A model generated the notes under the pieces. That model made no database searches. It was not told the origin of the DNA and saw only the letters and a list, made by a program, of their open reading frames with translations. From assembly GCA_963781585.1 (NCBI GenBank), contig CAWAGQ010000010.1, forward strand, positions 128,001 through 192,000: a stretch of 64,000 nucleotides of DNA, in the 5' to 3' direction. Source of the DNA: an uncultured Gemmatimonadaceae bacterium. GTDB lineage: Bacteria; Gemmatimonadota; Gemmatimonadetes; Gemmatimonadales; Gemmatimonadaceae. Each line of letters starts with the position of its first letter. Within the stretch, counting starts at the first letter, position 1. A program made the translations under genes and the position numbers. This document shows positions 31,036 through 40,733 of this stretch, piece after piece.

Positions 31036-31602
31036 ATGGCAATTCCAGCTACCCAGATTCGTCGTGGGATGGTGCTCGTCTTCGACGGAGATCCATGCCG
31101 CATCGTCGAGTTTCGTCACCACACGCCCGGCAACCTGCGCGCGATGGTGCAGGCCAAGCTCAAGAACCTCCGGACCGGATCCAATTTCGAGCATCGGTTT
31201 CGCGCTGACGACTCCGTCGAAAAGGCGTCCATGGAGACGCACGAGCTGGAATTCCTGTACCAGTCGGGCGAGCTGTACCACTTCATGAACACGGAGAACT
31301 ACGACCAGCTCGAGATGGACACGGAGACGCTGGGAGACTACGCCCAGTGGATGGTGCCGAACATGCGGATCATGGCCGAGTTCTATGACGGGCGACCGAT
31401 CGGCATCACGCTTCCGGGCGCGCTCACCTTCGAGATCGTGGATACGTCGCCGGTGATGAAGACGGCCACGAAGACGGCATCGTTCAAGCCGGCGACGCTG
31501 GAGAACGGTGTCACGATCAACGTGCCGGAGTTCGTGCCCGCCGGCGTGCGGGTGCGGGTCAACCCGAATACCGGGGAGTACCTCGATCGCGCGAAGGACT
31601 GA
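31036..31602 (+). CDS. efp: elongation factor P
   Basis: HTPGNLRA loop, FMNTENYDQ, KPATLENG, VPEF, TGEY. Confidence 0.95.
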   Translation: MAIPATQIRRGMVLVFDGDPCRIVEFRHHTPGNLRAMVQAKLKNLRTGSNFEHRFRADDSVEKASMETHELEFLYQSGELYHFMNTENYDQLEMDTETLGDYAQWMVPNMRIMAEFYDGRPIGITLPGALTFEIVDTSPVMKTATKTASFKPATLENGVTINVPEFVPAGVRVRVNPNTGEYLDRAKD

Positions 31603-31781
31603 CGAGCTCGCGCGCCTGGCGAACGCTCGGCGCGCGACCGGGGAGTGGCTGGACACGCTGGTTGATAACGGGATTTTGCACGTATAGGTTGCGTGGCTTC
31701 GCGCGCGGAGGGATGCGCCACGGTGCGCGCGGACAACGACCTGGATGGCGGCGCCGGGTACGCCAGGCCGTGGTTGTTCAT

Positions 31782-31856
31782 GGTGACTGTAGCTCAATCG
31801 GTTAGAGCACCGGACTGTGGCTCCGGGGGTTGCGGGTTCGATTCCCGTCAGTCACC
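31782..31856 (+). tRNA. tRNA-His(GTG)
   Basis: G-1, acceptor GTGACTG/CAGTCAC, anticodon arm CCGGA-CTGTGGC-TCCGG, TTCGA loop. Confidence 0.95.
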
Positions 31857-31947
31857 CTGGGGAGTCGAGGGGTAGCGGTGGTGGGAGCAGGAATGCGCGA
31901 TGGCGTCTGCGCGCCTGGGTGTCATTCCGCGCATCCGGAGCGACGAT

Positions 31948-32020
31948 AGGTCGGTAGCTCAACTGGTAGAGCACTGGTCTCCAAAACCAGCGGTTGGGGG
32001 TTCGAGTCCCTCCCGGCCTG
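31948..32020 (+). tRNA. tRNA-Trp(CCA)
   Basis: Acceptor AGGTCGG/CCGGCCT, CTGGT-CTCCAAA-ACCAG. Confidence 0.95.
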
Positions 32021-32109
32021 CTACGCAATCATGAGGTCAGCGATCAGCGGTCAGTCATCCGTTCTTGGAGATCGGCGGTCGCATGGGAGCAATCCAGTGC
32101 CACGGGTTG

Positions 32110-32182
32110 GGCGGTATCGTCTAGAGGCCCAGGACACAGCCCTCTCAAGGCTGGAACACGGGTTCGAATCCCGTTACCGCTA
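32110..32182 (+). tRNA. tRNA-Glu(CTC)
   Basis: Acceptor GGCGGTA/TACCGCT, CAGCC-CTCTCAA-GGCTG. Confidence 0.95.
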
Positions 32183-32254
32183 TGTAGCGAGATGGACCAC
32201 GTCGGGAGGCGCATCGGGCGCGCACGTCGGCGCGTGGGCGGCGCGTTCACCGAG

Positions 32255-32326
32255 GGCCCCATCGTCTATCGGTTAGGACGGCACTCTTTCAAGGTGCAGA
32301 GACGGGTTCGACTCCCGTTGGGGCCA
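32255..32326 (+). tRNA. tRNA-Glu(TTC)
   Basis: Acceptor GGCCCCA/TGGGGCC, GCACT-CTTTCAA-GGTGC. Confidence 0.95.
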
Positions 32327-32366
32327 TGACGGGACGCGGTGTCGTCAGGTGCAGGTCGAGGAAGTT

Positions 32367-32440
32367 GGGGCTGTAGCTCAGCTGGTTAGAGTGCCGGTCT
32401 GTCACACCGGAGGTCGCGGGTTCGAGCCCCGTCAGCCCCG
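32367..32440 (+). tRNA. tRNA-Asp(GTC)
   Basis: Acceptor GGGGCTG/CAGCCCC, CCGGT-CTGTCAC-ACCGG. Confidence 0.95.
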
Positions 32441-32446
32441 TCGGAG

Positions 32447-32535
32447 CAGCATTCAGTGTTCAGCGAGCAGCATTCAGATTCAGCTATCAGCGAGCAGCAT
32501 TCAGATTCAGCTATCAGCGAGCAGCACTCAGCATT
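32447..32535. repeat. CAG-initiated 6-7-mer tandem repeat with an exact 27-bp duplication
   Basis: 13 units (cagcatt, cagcgag, cagctat...); cagcgagcagcattcagattcagctat at 32461 and 32488. Confidence 0.85.
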
Positions 32536-32604
32536 CCGCGTTGTGCGAGGAGCATTCCGCTTGGCACGGTGCGATCTGATCGCTGACCGCTGTCACTGTG
32601 ATTC

Positions 32605-32686
32605 GCCCTGGTGGTGAAATTGGTAGACACGCCATCTTGAGGGGGTGGTGCCGAAAGGCGTGGCGGTTCGAGTCCGCCCCAGGGCA
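32605..32686 (+). tRNA. tRNA-Leu(GAG)
   Basis: Acceptor GCCCTGG/CCAGGGC, CCATC-TTGAGGG-GGTGG, long variable arm. Confidence 0.95.
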
Positions 32687-32716
32687 TAACGGGAGTGACC
32701 TCCGACCTGCAGTGAC

Positions 32717-32788
32717 GCCAGCGTAGCTCAGTGGTAGAGCACCCGATTCGTAATCGGGCGGTCGTCGGTTCAATCCCGACCGCTGGCT
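32717..32788 (+). tRNA. tRNA-Thr(CGT)
   Basis: Acceptor GCCAGCG/CGCTGGC, CCCGA-TTCGTAA-TCGGG. Confidence 0.95.
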
Positions 32789-32793
32789 CTGAC

Positions 32794-33906
32794 TCACCGT
32801 GCGTCGCCGCGTACCGCGTCGCGCGGCCGGACCGCGGCGAACAACAGCAGGGGGAGCGCCGCCACGAACCACGCGAACGCGCTGAACGACGCACCGGCAT
32901 GCGTCACTGGCCGGACCACCTGACCCGCCAGCCAGGCGTGAACCCAGGTCGCGAGTGGCATCCCTGTGGCCCGCTCGAAGGCGGCGGCTGGCGCGTCTTC
33001 CGATGTCCAGAAGACGCGGAAGCGGTCCGGGTCGAGCTGACGAACCATGTCGGCCAGCAGGCGGCGCTTCAGCACCGACGCAGTCGGAGTCCAGATGGAA
33101 TCATGAGTCTCGAACGGGCCAAGGATGCCGGCGACGGACACGGACGAGCCCACCCCGGCTTCCGCCGTCGCGACCGGATCGAGACCGATCATCGTCAGGC
33201 ACGCAGATCCACCTCGTGCCGCGCATCTCGCGTCGTCTCCGGGGAGGGCGTACCACGACCCGCCATCGCGTCCCGCGCTGGTGACCGAGGCGGAGGTCCA
33301 GTCGGCCCAGCGTGCCGCGTCGTATTGCGTGCGCTCCAGCCAGTCCCGGATGCCGTGTCCGGGCATGCCGAAGGCCGCGAAGAACGCGCACGGACCATAC
33401 ACCTCGCCTGGGCTCAGCGGAGCATCCGTACGCCGCATGCGCGTCGCCGCAGCGCACACGCCGTCCGGCGACGCGGGAAGCAGGTACGTCACCTCGGCCC
33501 GATAGGGGCGCCGGTCCGCGCCCTTCTGCAGTGTCACGACGGTGGTGTCCAGGAACACCACCGCCGAAGCGCCAATGGGTCCGCGGGCCAGCGGTTCGCC
33601 TGCCCGTTGCAAGGTCGTCTCCAGCCTCCGCCGCTCCGCGGGCGGGAGAGAGGCGTCGACAACGGCGGTGCGGACGCCATGCGCCGTCACAGTGCGCCAG
33701 CGCTCTGCGCCAAGCATCCCGCGATACCGGGCAAGGGCGCGGTCCAGGGCCGCTGACGACGAGCGAAGCCGCGCGCGTTCGATCTCCAGCCGTCTCGCGT
33801 CAGGCGTGGCCGGCAGCCGGATACCGCCCAGCGGGATGGTCGCTGTGGCAATCGCGACCGCGGTGCACAGCCCGACCACGAGCGCCACCCATCTGGCGAA
33901 CCTCAT
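32794..33906 (-). CDS. hypothetical membrane-anchored protein of the GntR/ABC operon
   Basis: ATGA coupling to the upstream gene, N-terminal signal/TM, Cys pairs, C-terminal TM. Confidence 0.7.
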   Translation of the reverse strand: MRFARWVALVVGLCTAVAIATATIPLGGIRLPATPDARRLEIERARLRSSSAALDRALARYRGMLGAERWRTVTAHGVRTAVVDASLPPAERRRLETTLQRAGEPLARGPIGASAVVFLDTTVVTLQKGADRRPYRAEVTYLLPASPDGVCAAATRMRRTDAPLSPGEVYGPCAFFAAFGMPGHGIRDWLERTQYDAARWADWTSASVTSAGRDGGSWYALPGDDARCAARGGSACLTMIGLDPVATAEAGVGSSVSVAGILGPFETHDSIWTPTASVLKRRLLADMVRQLDPDRFRVFWTSEDAPAAAFERATGMPLATWVHAWLAGQVVRPVTHAGASFSAFAWFVAALPLLLFAAVRPRDAVRGDAR

Positions 33907-35132
33907 ATCCATGATCCCCTCCGGACCACCGCAAACGCCAGGAAGACGCCGCACCAGGCGAGTGTGAAGAACGCCGTCGACGCGGAGACTCGCGCTGCTT
34001 CCGGTCGGGCCGCCGCAACGTGGTCGCGCCACTGCCCGACCACGCGCTCCAACGGCAGCCCGGCCGCGGCCGTCAGGCGCTCCTCGATTGAGCCGCGCGC
34101 CGTCATGAGGCGCGCGTAGGCGTCGGAGCCGCCCGCGCGCAGCACGTCGTCGAGAAAGAGCCGGCGCGCCAGCGCGGATGCAGGAAGCGGAACCGAGGTT
34201 TGAGAAATGGCCCGGGCGGCAGTCACGCACGCATCGGCGTCCCCGGTGCGGCGGCAGCGCGCCGCGGCCGCAACCCCCGCAGAGTCGTCCGAGTGTACGC
34301 TCACCAGGCTGAAGAGGGCTCGATAGTCGGATGCATCGTACCACGCGGTGAGGCGATTCTCGGTGGATTGGAGGCCGAGGGCGCTCAGACACGCCCCCGC
34401 GTCTCCCGTGCGGCACCGCCGCATAACCGCGCTTCGCACGGTGGCGATCTCGGTGTACGCCCGTGTCCAGTCGGCGCGGGCCGGCTCCTGCAGTGGAACG
34501 GTCTGCACCATGAGCCACGCCCCGAGCGTGGAGTCGGCCCCCTCAAGCGCGACCCGCTCTGCGAAGTTGACAAGATGGTCGGCGATCTGCGACGCCGAGG
34601 CACTCCCGGTCGCCACCGCTCGACGGTCCCATGCGACCCGGCCAGTGTCCGCCGCGAACCAGACGACCCGTTCGGTGCCGAGTCGGATGGCCAGACTATC
34701 CGTGCCGATCACCGGTTGTCGCCGGCCGAGCCGGTCGCCTAGCGCGTGGCCGCCCCTGGCGCCGACGGCTTCGGTGGCGAGTACCGCCGCGGCTCGCACG
34801 CGATCGCGCAGCGCGGCCGTGGTCCGCAGATGGAACAGGCCGACATTCACCTCCACCCATTCGACCCGATTCATCAGTGCGTGGGCGAGAGAATCGTACG
34901 CAGACCGGCGGACCATCCGCAGCGAATCGAGCCGCGCGATCTCGCGCGCCGCGCTGTCGAGCGACGCGTCGTGCTGGCTGATGCGCAGAGACGGGCCGCG
35001 ACGTCCGCCCCCGGGCATGGTGCGAAGGCCACCAGCTGCAGCCGGATACCCGTTAGGCAGCGCACCTGCCAGGCTGGTCGTGAGGCACCACGGCAGGATC
35101 GCCGCGGCCAGCCAGCGGCGTGGCTCAGACAT
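33903..35132 (-). CDS. hypothetical membrane-anchored protein, probable paralogue of downstream gene
   Basis: N-terminal signal, RCRTGDAGACL motif, C-terminal TM; overlaps neighbours. Confidence 0.7.
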   Translation of the reverse strand: MSEPRRWLAAAILPWCLTTSLAGALPNGYPAAAGGLRTMPGGGRRGPSLRISQHDASLDSAAREIARLDSLRMVRRSAYDSLAHALMNRVEWVEVNVGLFHLRTTAALRDRVRAAAVLATEAVGARGGHALGDRLGRRQPVIGTDSLAIRLGTERVVWFAADTGRVAWDRRAVATGSASASQIADHLVNFAERVALEGADSTLGAWLMVQTVPLQEPARADWTRAYTEIATVRSAVMRRCRTGDAGACLSALGLQSTENRLTAWYDASDYRALFSLVSVHSDDSAGVAAAARCRRTGDADACVTAARAISQTSVPLPASALARRLFLDDVLRAGGSDAYARLMTARGSIEERLTAAAGLPLERVVGQWRDHVAAARPEAARVSASTAFFTLAWCGVFLAFAVVRRGSWI

Positions 35133-35784
35133 CGAACAGCGTCCAGCGTCCGAAGAAGACGCCGAACGGCCCCGGGTGCGAGACCAGAAAGTCCGCGGTG
35201 GACGACACGATGCGGCCCGCTCCTGGCGCGATCAGCCGGCCCACCAGGAACACGCCGACGCTGCCCACCAGCAGGAGCAGCAGAACGCCCTTGGCCCGCC
35301 TGCCCGCACCATAGCGCAGGGCGAACGTGCACGAGTGGGCGAGCCACGCCGCCAGGATCGTCCGCAGCGCGAGGGAGCCCGCGTACGCCCGGATCGTTGG
35401 TGGCACCTGCACCTGCCCGGCCGCCAGCAGTCCGCCTAACCAGAGAGCCAGACCGGGCAGCACCAGGAGCAGGAAGGCGGTCAGCGATCTCCCCACCAGA
35501 AAGCGGGCCCGGGTCACCGGCAAGGCAAGGGCGTACACGTGCCCCACCCGGTCGTCCACGCTGTACCCCTGGGCGGCAATGGTCACGCCGCTCAACACCG
35601 CGAGCACCGCGCCGCCGCCGCCGATGAAGCGCCCCAGTTCGAGGAGCTCGGTGGGGGCCGGCTGCCCGATCATCGGCAAGGCGATCCAGAGGAAGACCAG
35701 CGGAATCGCGAACCCAAGCACGATGAAGAATGCAAGCAGGTCGCGACCCCATTTCCATTGGGCGAAGAGTTGCTGGGCGAACAT
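35125..35784 (-). CDS. ABC-2 type permease-like membrane protein
   Basis: About 6 TM, YALALPVTRARF motif, TGATG coupling to the ATPase. Confidence 0.75.
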   Translation of the reverse strand: MFAQQLFAQWKWGRDLLAFFIVLGFAIPLVFLWIALPMIGQPAPTELLELGRFIGGGGAVLAVLSGVTIAAQGYSVDDRVGHVYALALPVTRARFLVGRSLTAFLLLVLPGLALWLGGLLAAGQVQVPPTIRAYAGSLALRTILAAWLAHSCTFALRYGAGRRAKGVLLLLLVGSVGVFLVGRLIAPGAGRIVSSTADFLVSHPGPFGVFFGRWTLFDV

Positions 35785-36689
35785 CAGGCAGCCCTCCCGC
35801 CGGCGGCGCGCGCCGCCCGCAGCGTTTCCACGAACGTCTCCTCCAGGTCGAGGTCCACCACTTCGCGGAGCGTCAGGTCGTGCCGGCAGAACCACTGCGC
35901 CATCTCCTCGCGCCAATCGCGCACCACCCATTCCTCCTCCCGCCCGGCGCTTCCCCGGCGGGTGATGACGCGGAACGGCGGCGTAGCGGTGACTGGCGGC
36001 GCACCGGCGATGCGCAGCACCTTGAGCTCCCGCTTGAACTCGTGCATCGGCATCTCTGCCACCAGCCGTCCGCCGTCGAGCACACCAATCCAGTCGCACA
36101 CGCGCTCCTGCTCGTGCACCAGATGGCTCGAGATCAGCACCGAGGCGTCGTGGGCCGCGACGTACTCCAGTACCGCCGTGAGCACGTCGCGCCTGACGAC
36201 GGGATCGAGCCCGTCGGTCGGTTCATCGAGCACCAGCAGCTCGGGGCGCGTGGCCAGCGCGAGCAGAATCATCAGCTTCCCGGCTTCACCCTTCGACAGG
36301 CGCCCGACCAGGTCTTCACCGCGGAGTCCGAAGCTCCGACGGAGCTCCTCGGCTGCCGACGGGTCCCACGACGGATAGAAGGCGGCGTGATAACGCATGC
36401 TCTCGTCCACGCTCAGCATGGGATAGAGATGCAGGCGCTCCGGCACGTACCCGATCCGCGCCAGCGCCGACGGCGCGCCACCTGGCATGTCGTGCCCCAG
36501 GACGGTGATCGTACCTCCCTCGGGCCGTAGCATGCCCAGCAGCAACCGGATCGTAGTCGTCTTGCCCGACCCGTTAGGCCCCAGGAATCCGTAGACCGCG
36601 CCGCGCGGCACCGTCAGGCAGAGGTCGCGAATGGCGAAATGGCGTCCCGCGCGGTACGCGAGGCCGTCGATACGAATGGCGTCGTTCAT
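35784..36689 (-). CDS. ABC transporter ATP-binding protein
   Basis: GPNGSGKTT, LSKGE, LDEPTDGLD, ISSH. Confidence 0.92.
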   Translation of the reverse strand: MNDAIRIDGLAYRAGRHFAIRDLCLTVPRGAVYGFLGPNGSGKTTTIRLLLGMLRPEGGTITVLGHDMPGGAPSALARIGYVPERLHLYPMLSVDESMRYHAAFYPSWDPSAAEELRRSFGLRGEDLVGRLSKGEAGKLMILLALATRPELLVLDEPTDGLDPVVRRDVLTAVLEYVAAHDASVLISSHLVHEQERVCDWIGVLDGGRLVAEMPMHEFKRELKVLRIAGAPPVTATPPFRVITRRGSAGREEEWVVRDWREEMAQWFCRHDLTLREVVDLDLEETFVETLRAARAAGGRAA

Positions 36690-37063
36690 GCCTTGGCTCC
36701 CAGCTCGGCGTCGATCACCCTGCGAAGATCGGCCGGGCAGATGGCGAGGCGCGCGGCCTGCTCGAGCAGGTTTCGGACGAGCCGGCGCGCCTCCTGTTCG
36801 CGGGTGCGAGCGCGTCGCTCGGTTGAGAGCGCGGCGACGAAGGTACCGGCACCCTGCTTCATGTCCACGACCCCTTCGTGCTCCAGTTCGCGATAGGCCT
36901 GAACCACCGTGGCCGGATTCACGCGCAACTGCGAGGCGAGGACGCGCACCGAGGGCAGGGAATCACCGGCCGCCAGCTCGCCCGCGGCCACCGCCACACG
37001 CACGCGCGCGGCGATCTGGGCATACATCGGGGTGGGACTGCGAGGATCGATTTGATTGAACAC
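36686..37063 (-). CDS. GntR (YtrA subfamily) transcriptional regulator
   Basis: PMYAQI, LPSVRVLA, VNPATVVQAYRELE, GAGTFV; short C-terminus. Confidence 0.92.
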   Translation of the reverse strand: MFNQIDPRSPTPMYAQIAARVRVAVAAGELAAGDSLPSVRVLASQLRVNPATVVQAYRELEHEGVVDMKQGAGTFVAALSTERRARTREQEARRLVRNLLEQAARLAICPADLRRVIDAELGAKA

Positions 37064-37335
37064 GGGTCCACTGTGTCGGTGTTGTCATACACTACGACTC
37101 AGGGCCCGGGAGGTAACGGTGGGGTGGGAGGCCACGGGAGATCAGGAGGTCGGAGGTGAGGAGGCGGCGGCGGAAGTCAGAAAGCGGAGGCCGGCAGCCA
37201 GCCCACAACCCGCGCGCACGCCCTGTCCCCGCCCGCTGGCCGACACGCGAAGGGGGACCTACGTTCACAAGGCTGTGACGCCGGCGTCAGCGCCCGCGGT
37301 CGGCCTGCGACGGTGGGTGCTTCTCCCCGTGGCGA

Positions 37336-39426
37336 ATGCCGCGCCCGACTCCTTTCTCCATGATCGCAACCAACGCCATCCGCGCGTCGATTACGCTGCT
37401 TCCAGCGACGCTCCTTCTCGTCTTCTCCGGTGCGTGCACCGCATCGAGGGTTGCGCCGCACGGACCGCCTATCGACCGCGCCGACCTGGACACGACCTGC
37501 GCGCCCTGCTCGGACTTCTATCAGTTCGCCAACGGCGGCTGGCTTGCGCGCGACTCGATTCCGTCGGCGATGCCGTCGTGGGGCACCTTCGAAGTGCTGC
37601 AGGATCACAATCAGATGGTCCTGCACGAGATCCTCGAGCGGGATGCCGCGGCTGCGGGGAAGGGCGCCCTCACCGACGGGAGCGCGGGGTGGAAGGTCGG
37701 GATGTACTACGCCTCATGCATGGACACGGTCACCATCGACAAGCTCGGCGCAGCGCCACTCAAGCCGGTGCTGGACGTGATTGCGGCGGTGCGGACACGA
37801 CAGGATCTGCAGAACGCCCTGGGAGAGTTGGAGCACATGGCCGGCCTCGCGCCTTGGGGCGATGGCTCGACGCCGGACGCGAAGGACGCGACTTCCGTCA
37901 TCGGCGCACTCTCGCAAGGCGGGCTCTCCCTGCCCAACACGGACTACTACTCGAAGACGGACTCGGCGACCCAGAAGATCCGCGATGCGTTCGTCGCGCA
38001 CGCCGCGAAAATGTTCGAGTTGCTGGGCGATGCGAGCGACACGGCGGCCGCCGAAGCGAGGACGGTGCTCGCAATGGAGACACGGTTGGCGAACGTCTCG
38101 AAAGCACCCGTCGAGCTGCGCGACCCGAATGCCAATTACCACAAGATGACGGTGGCGCAACTGAGCAGGTTGACGCCCCATTTCGAGTGGGCGGCGTTCT
38201 TCAACGCGCAGCGCGCACCGGTGATTCCGGCGATCGACGTGGGACAACCGGAGTTCTTCAAGGGACTCGACGCGATGCTCACGTCCGCCCCGCTGGCAGA
38301 CTGGAGGACACTCCTCCGTTGGCGGGCCGTGCACTCGGCGGCACCGTATCTCAGCTCGCCCTTTGTCGCCGAAAACTTCAGCTTCCGGCAGCTGTTCAGC
38401 GGTGCCAGGGAGAACCTCCCGCGGTGGAAACGGTGCGTGAACTCGACCGACACCCGGCTTGGCGAGCTGCTCGGACAGGAGTACGTCAAGGAGACGTTCA
38501 CGCCCGAGGCAAAGGCGCGCGCGGTGACTATCGTGGGCAACCTGGTCGACGCGCTCCGGGCCGACCTGCAGCGGCTGGACTGGATGGGCGACTCGACCAG
38601 GACCCGGGCGCTCGGCAAACTGGACGCGTTCACGCGGAAGATCGGATATCCGGACAAGTGGCGCGACTACTCGAGCCTGACGATTGCCCCAGGCCAGTAT
38701 CTCACCAACGTCAGGGCCGGCGATCAGTTCGAGGCGGCGCGGGACTGGGCCAAGATCGGCAAGCCGGTCGACCGCACCGAGTGGGGCATGACGCCGCCCA
38801 CCGTAGACGCATACTACAACCCGCTGCTGAACGAGATCGTCTTCCCTGCCGGCATCCTCCAGCCGCCGTTCTACGATCCGGACGCGGACGACGCCGTGAA
38901 TTACGGCGCGATGGGGGCGGTGATTGGTCACGAGATGACGCACGGCTTCGACGACGAGGGGCGACAGTTCGACAAGGACGGTAACCTGAAGGACTGGTGG
39001 AGCGCTGCCGACGCGGCCAAGTACAGCGCCCAGGCCGAGGCGGTGGTGCGGCAGTTCAATGCCTACACCGTGCTTGACTCTGCCACGCACGTGAACGGCA
39101 GTCTTACGCTCGGTGAGAACATCGCCGACTTCGGCGGCCTCACCGTCTCGTACGCGGCGATGGAGAAGGCATTGGGCGATGCACCGCGCACGAAGATCGA
39201 CGGGTTCACTCCGGAGCAGCGGTTCTTTCTCGCATGGGCGAAGGCCTGGCGCACGCTGGAGCGGCCGGAATACGCGCGCATGCGCGTGAGCGCCGATCCG
39301 CACGCACCGCACAAGTGGCGGGTGAACGGACCACTCAGCAACATGCCCGAGTTTCGCCAGGCCTGGGGATGTGCGGCGAGCGATTCGATGGTGCGCGCCG
39401 ACAGCCTGCGGCCCCGGATCTGGTAA
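37336..39426 (+). CDS. M13 family metallopeptidase
   Basis: DFYQFANGGW, DAYY, GHEMTHGFDD, GENIAD, DPHAP. Confidence 0.95.
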   Translation: MPRPTPFSMIATNAIRASITLLPATLLLVFSGACTASRVAPHGPPIDRADLDTTCAPCSDFYQFANGGWLARDSIPSAMPSWGTFEVLQDHNQMVLHEILERDAAAAGKGALTDGSAGWKVGMYYASCMDTVTIDKLGAAPLKPVLDVIAAVRTRQDLQNALGELEHMAGLAPWGDGSTPDAKDATSVIGALSQGGLSLPNTDYYSKTDSATQKIRDAFVAHAAKMFELLGDASDTAAAEARTVLAMETRLANVSKAPVELRDPNANYHKMTVAQLSRLTPHFEWAAFFNAQRAPVIPAIDVGQPEFFKGLDAMLTSAPLADWRTLLRWRAVHSAAPYLSSPFVAENFSFRQLFSGARENLPRWKRCVNSTDTRLGELLGQEYVKETFTPEAKARAVTIVGNLVDALRADLQRLDWMGDSTRTRALGKLDAFTRKIGYPDKWRDYSSLTIAPGQYLTNVRAGDQFEAARDWAKIGKPVDRTEWGMTPPTVDAYYNPLLNEIVFPAGILQPPFYDPDADDAVNYGAMGAVIGHEMTHGFDDEGRQFDKDGNLKDWWSAADAAKYSAQAEAVVRQFNAYTVLDSATHVNGSLTLGENIADFGGLTVSYAAMEKALGDAPRTKIDGFTPEQRFFLAWAKAWRTLERPEYARMRVSADPHAPHKWRVNGPLSNMPEFRQAWGCAASDSMVRADSLRPRIW

Positions 39427-39540
39427 CGGCGCGGTCGATGGTCCACTGCGTCGCCTGCCACGATGGTGATATTCGTTGACGCCGGTCGCGGAGCCCGGCG
39501 AGCCTGACATGATCCTTCGACTGCCACTCCTCCCTGCGCA

Positions 39541-40446
39541 ATGAAGAACAGAGCGTTCTGGTTCGTCCTGACGGCCTGCATCGGTGCGGACGCGCACGCC
39601 CAGGGGTCGGCCCCGCAGCCCGCCCAGCACGGCGCCAGTCCGACCGTCTCGCCCGATGGACGTCGCATCGCCTTCATGTCGGACCGCGCGAGTTCCGGGG
39701 ACGTGTACGTGGCGAACGCGGACGGCTCGGACGTTCGTCGCATCACCAGCGATGGCGGTCATCATGGTCGCGCATACTGGAGCCCGGATGGGCAGCACCT
39801 CTGGATTGCAATTTCGGCGCACGACACCGCGCGGGTCCTTTCCGTGCCGGTGAACGGTGGGGCGGCGGTTGAGCTCGGCCGATTCGAAGCGCGAGGTGGC
39901 GCGCGTCCGATCGCCGACGAATCACACTTCCTGCTGGGCGTTGGCGGATGGACCGACATGCAGCTCGTCACGTCGCGTGCGGACGGGTCGGGGCGCGTGC
40001 AACTCACCTCGGATCACGCTGCCTACTGGTGTCCGGGCGTGTCGGCCCGCGGCGACCTGGTGGCCGCCACCCGGAGCGACGCCGCCGGAATGCAGATCTG
40101 GGTGGTGGGCAGGGACGGATCGGGTGGCCACGCCGTCTCGCAGTTCACGAAGGCTCAGGGTGGGCCCCAGTGTGCTTCCTTCTCCGCCGATGGCCGCCAC
40201 ATCGCGGTGCAGGCCGAGGTTGCCTTTCCGCAGGACACGACGCGTACCGTCGGCCACATCTGGGTGGTCGAGTTGGCGACGGGGCACGCCACACGCCTGG
40301 GCGAGCACACCGCCCCCTACCACGATGAGCTCCCGTCGTGGTTTCCTGATGGGAAACGGCTTGCGTTTCAGAGCGATCGCACCGGACGCTGGGAGGTGTG
40401 GGTGATGAATGCGGACGGAACGGAGGCGCACCAGGTCACGCGTTAG
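39541..40446 (+). CDS. TolB-like PD40-repeat beta-propeller protein
   Basis: SPDGRRIAF, WSPDG, FSADG, WFPDGKRLAFQSDR. Confidence 0.88.
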   Translation: MKNRAFWFVLTACIGADAHAQGSAPQPAQHGASPTVSPDGRRIAFMSDRASSGDVYVANADGSDVRRITSDGGHHGRAYWSPDGQHLWIAISAHDTARVLSVPVNGGAAVELGRFEARGGARPIADESHFLLGVGGWTDMQLVTSRADGSGRVQLTSDHAAYWCPGVSARGDLVAATRSDAAGMQIWVVGRDGSGGHAVSQFTKAQGGPQCASFSADGRHIAVQAEVAFPQDTTRTVGHIWVVELATGHATRLGEHTAPYHDELPSWFPDGKRLAFQSDRTGRWEVWVMNADGTEAHQVTR

Positions 40447-40733
40447 GCGGGGATGCTCACGCCGTGCCTCAGCCGTCGTCCACTCCTGGCGAGGCAGACG
40501 AACCGAAGCTGGCGGCATGCCGAGCACGTCGCGTGGAGTTCAAGCGGCTCGGCGAGTGGGCGGCGTTCCTGTCGCTCATGCTGGAGCCGAGGCGCAGCGG
40601 GAACGCGCGGCGCCTGCCGCGGCCCCTGGCGGATCGAGGTAATGGAGCAGCTTTTCCTGTTCGGTCCGAGGGCACGCGACATCCTCGCATCCCCGTGCGC
40701 ACAGGTTACTATCAGGAACCCCCCACGAAGTCC

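Noticed and set aside
32447..32535. Possible CRISPR array
   Set aside because: Contiguous 6-7-mers with no unique spacers and no cas genes
37071..37102. YtrA operator upstream of the GntR gene
   Set aside because: Only an imperfect, bulged inverted repeat (GTGT...ACAC); too weak to call
37714..39822. 702-aa minus-strand ORF and many similar long overlapping ORFs
   Set aside because: Antisense shadows of real genes caused by high GC3; no motifs
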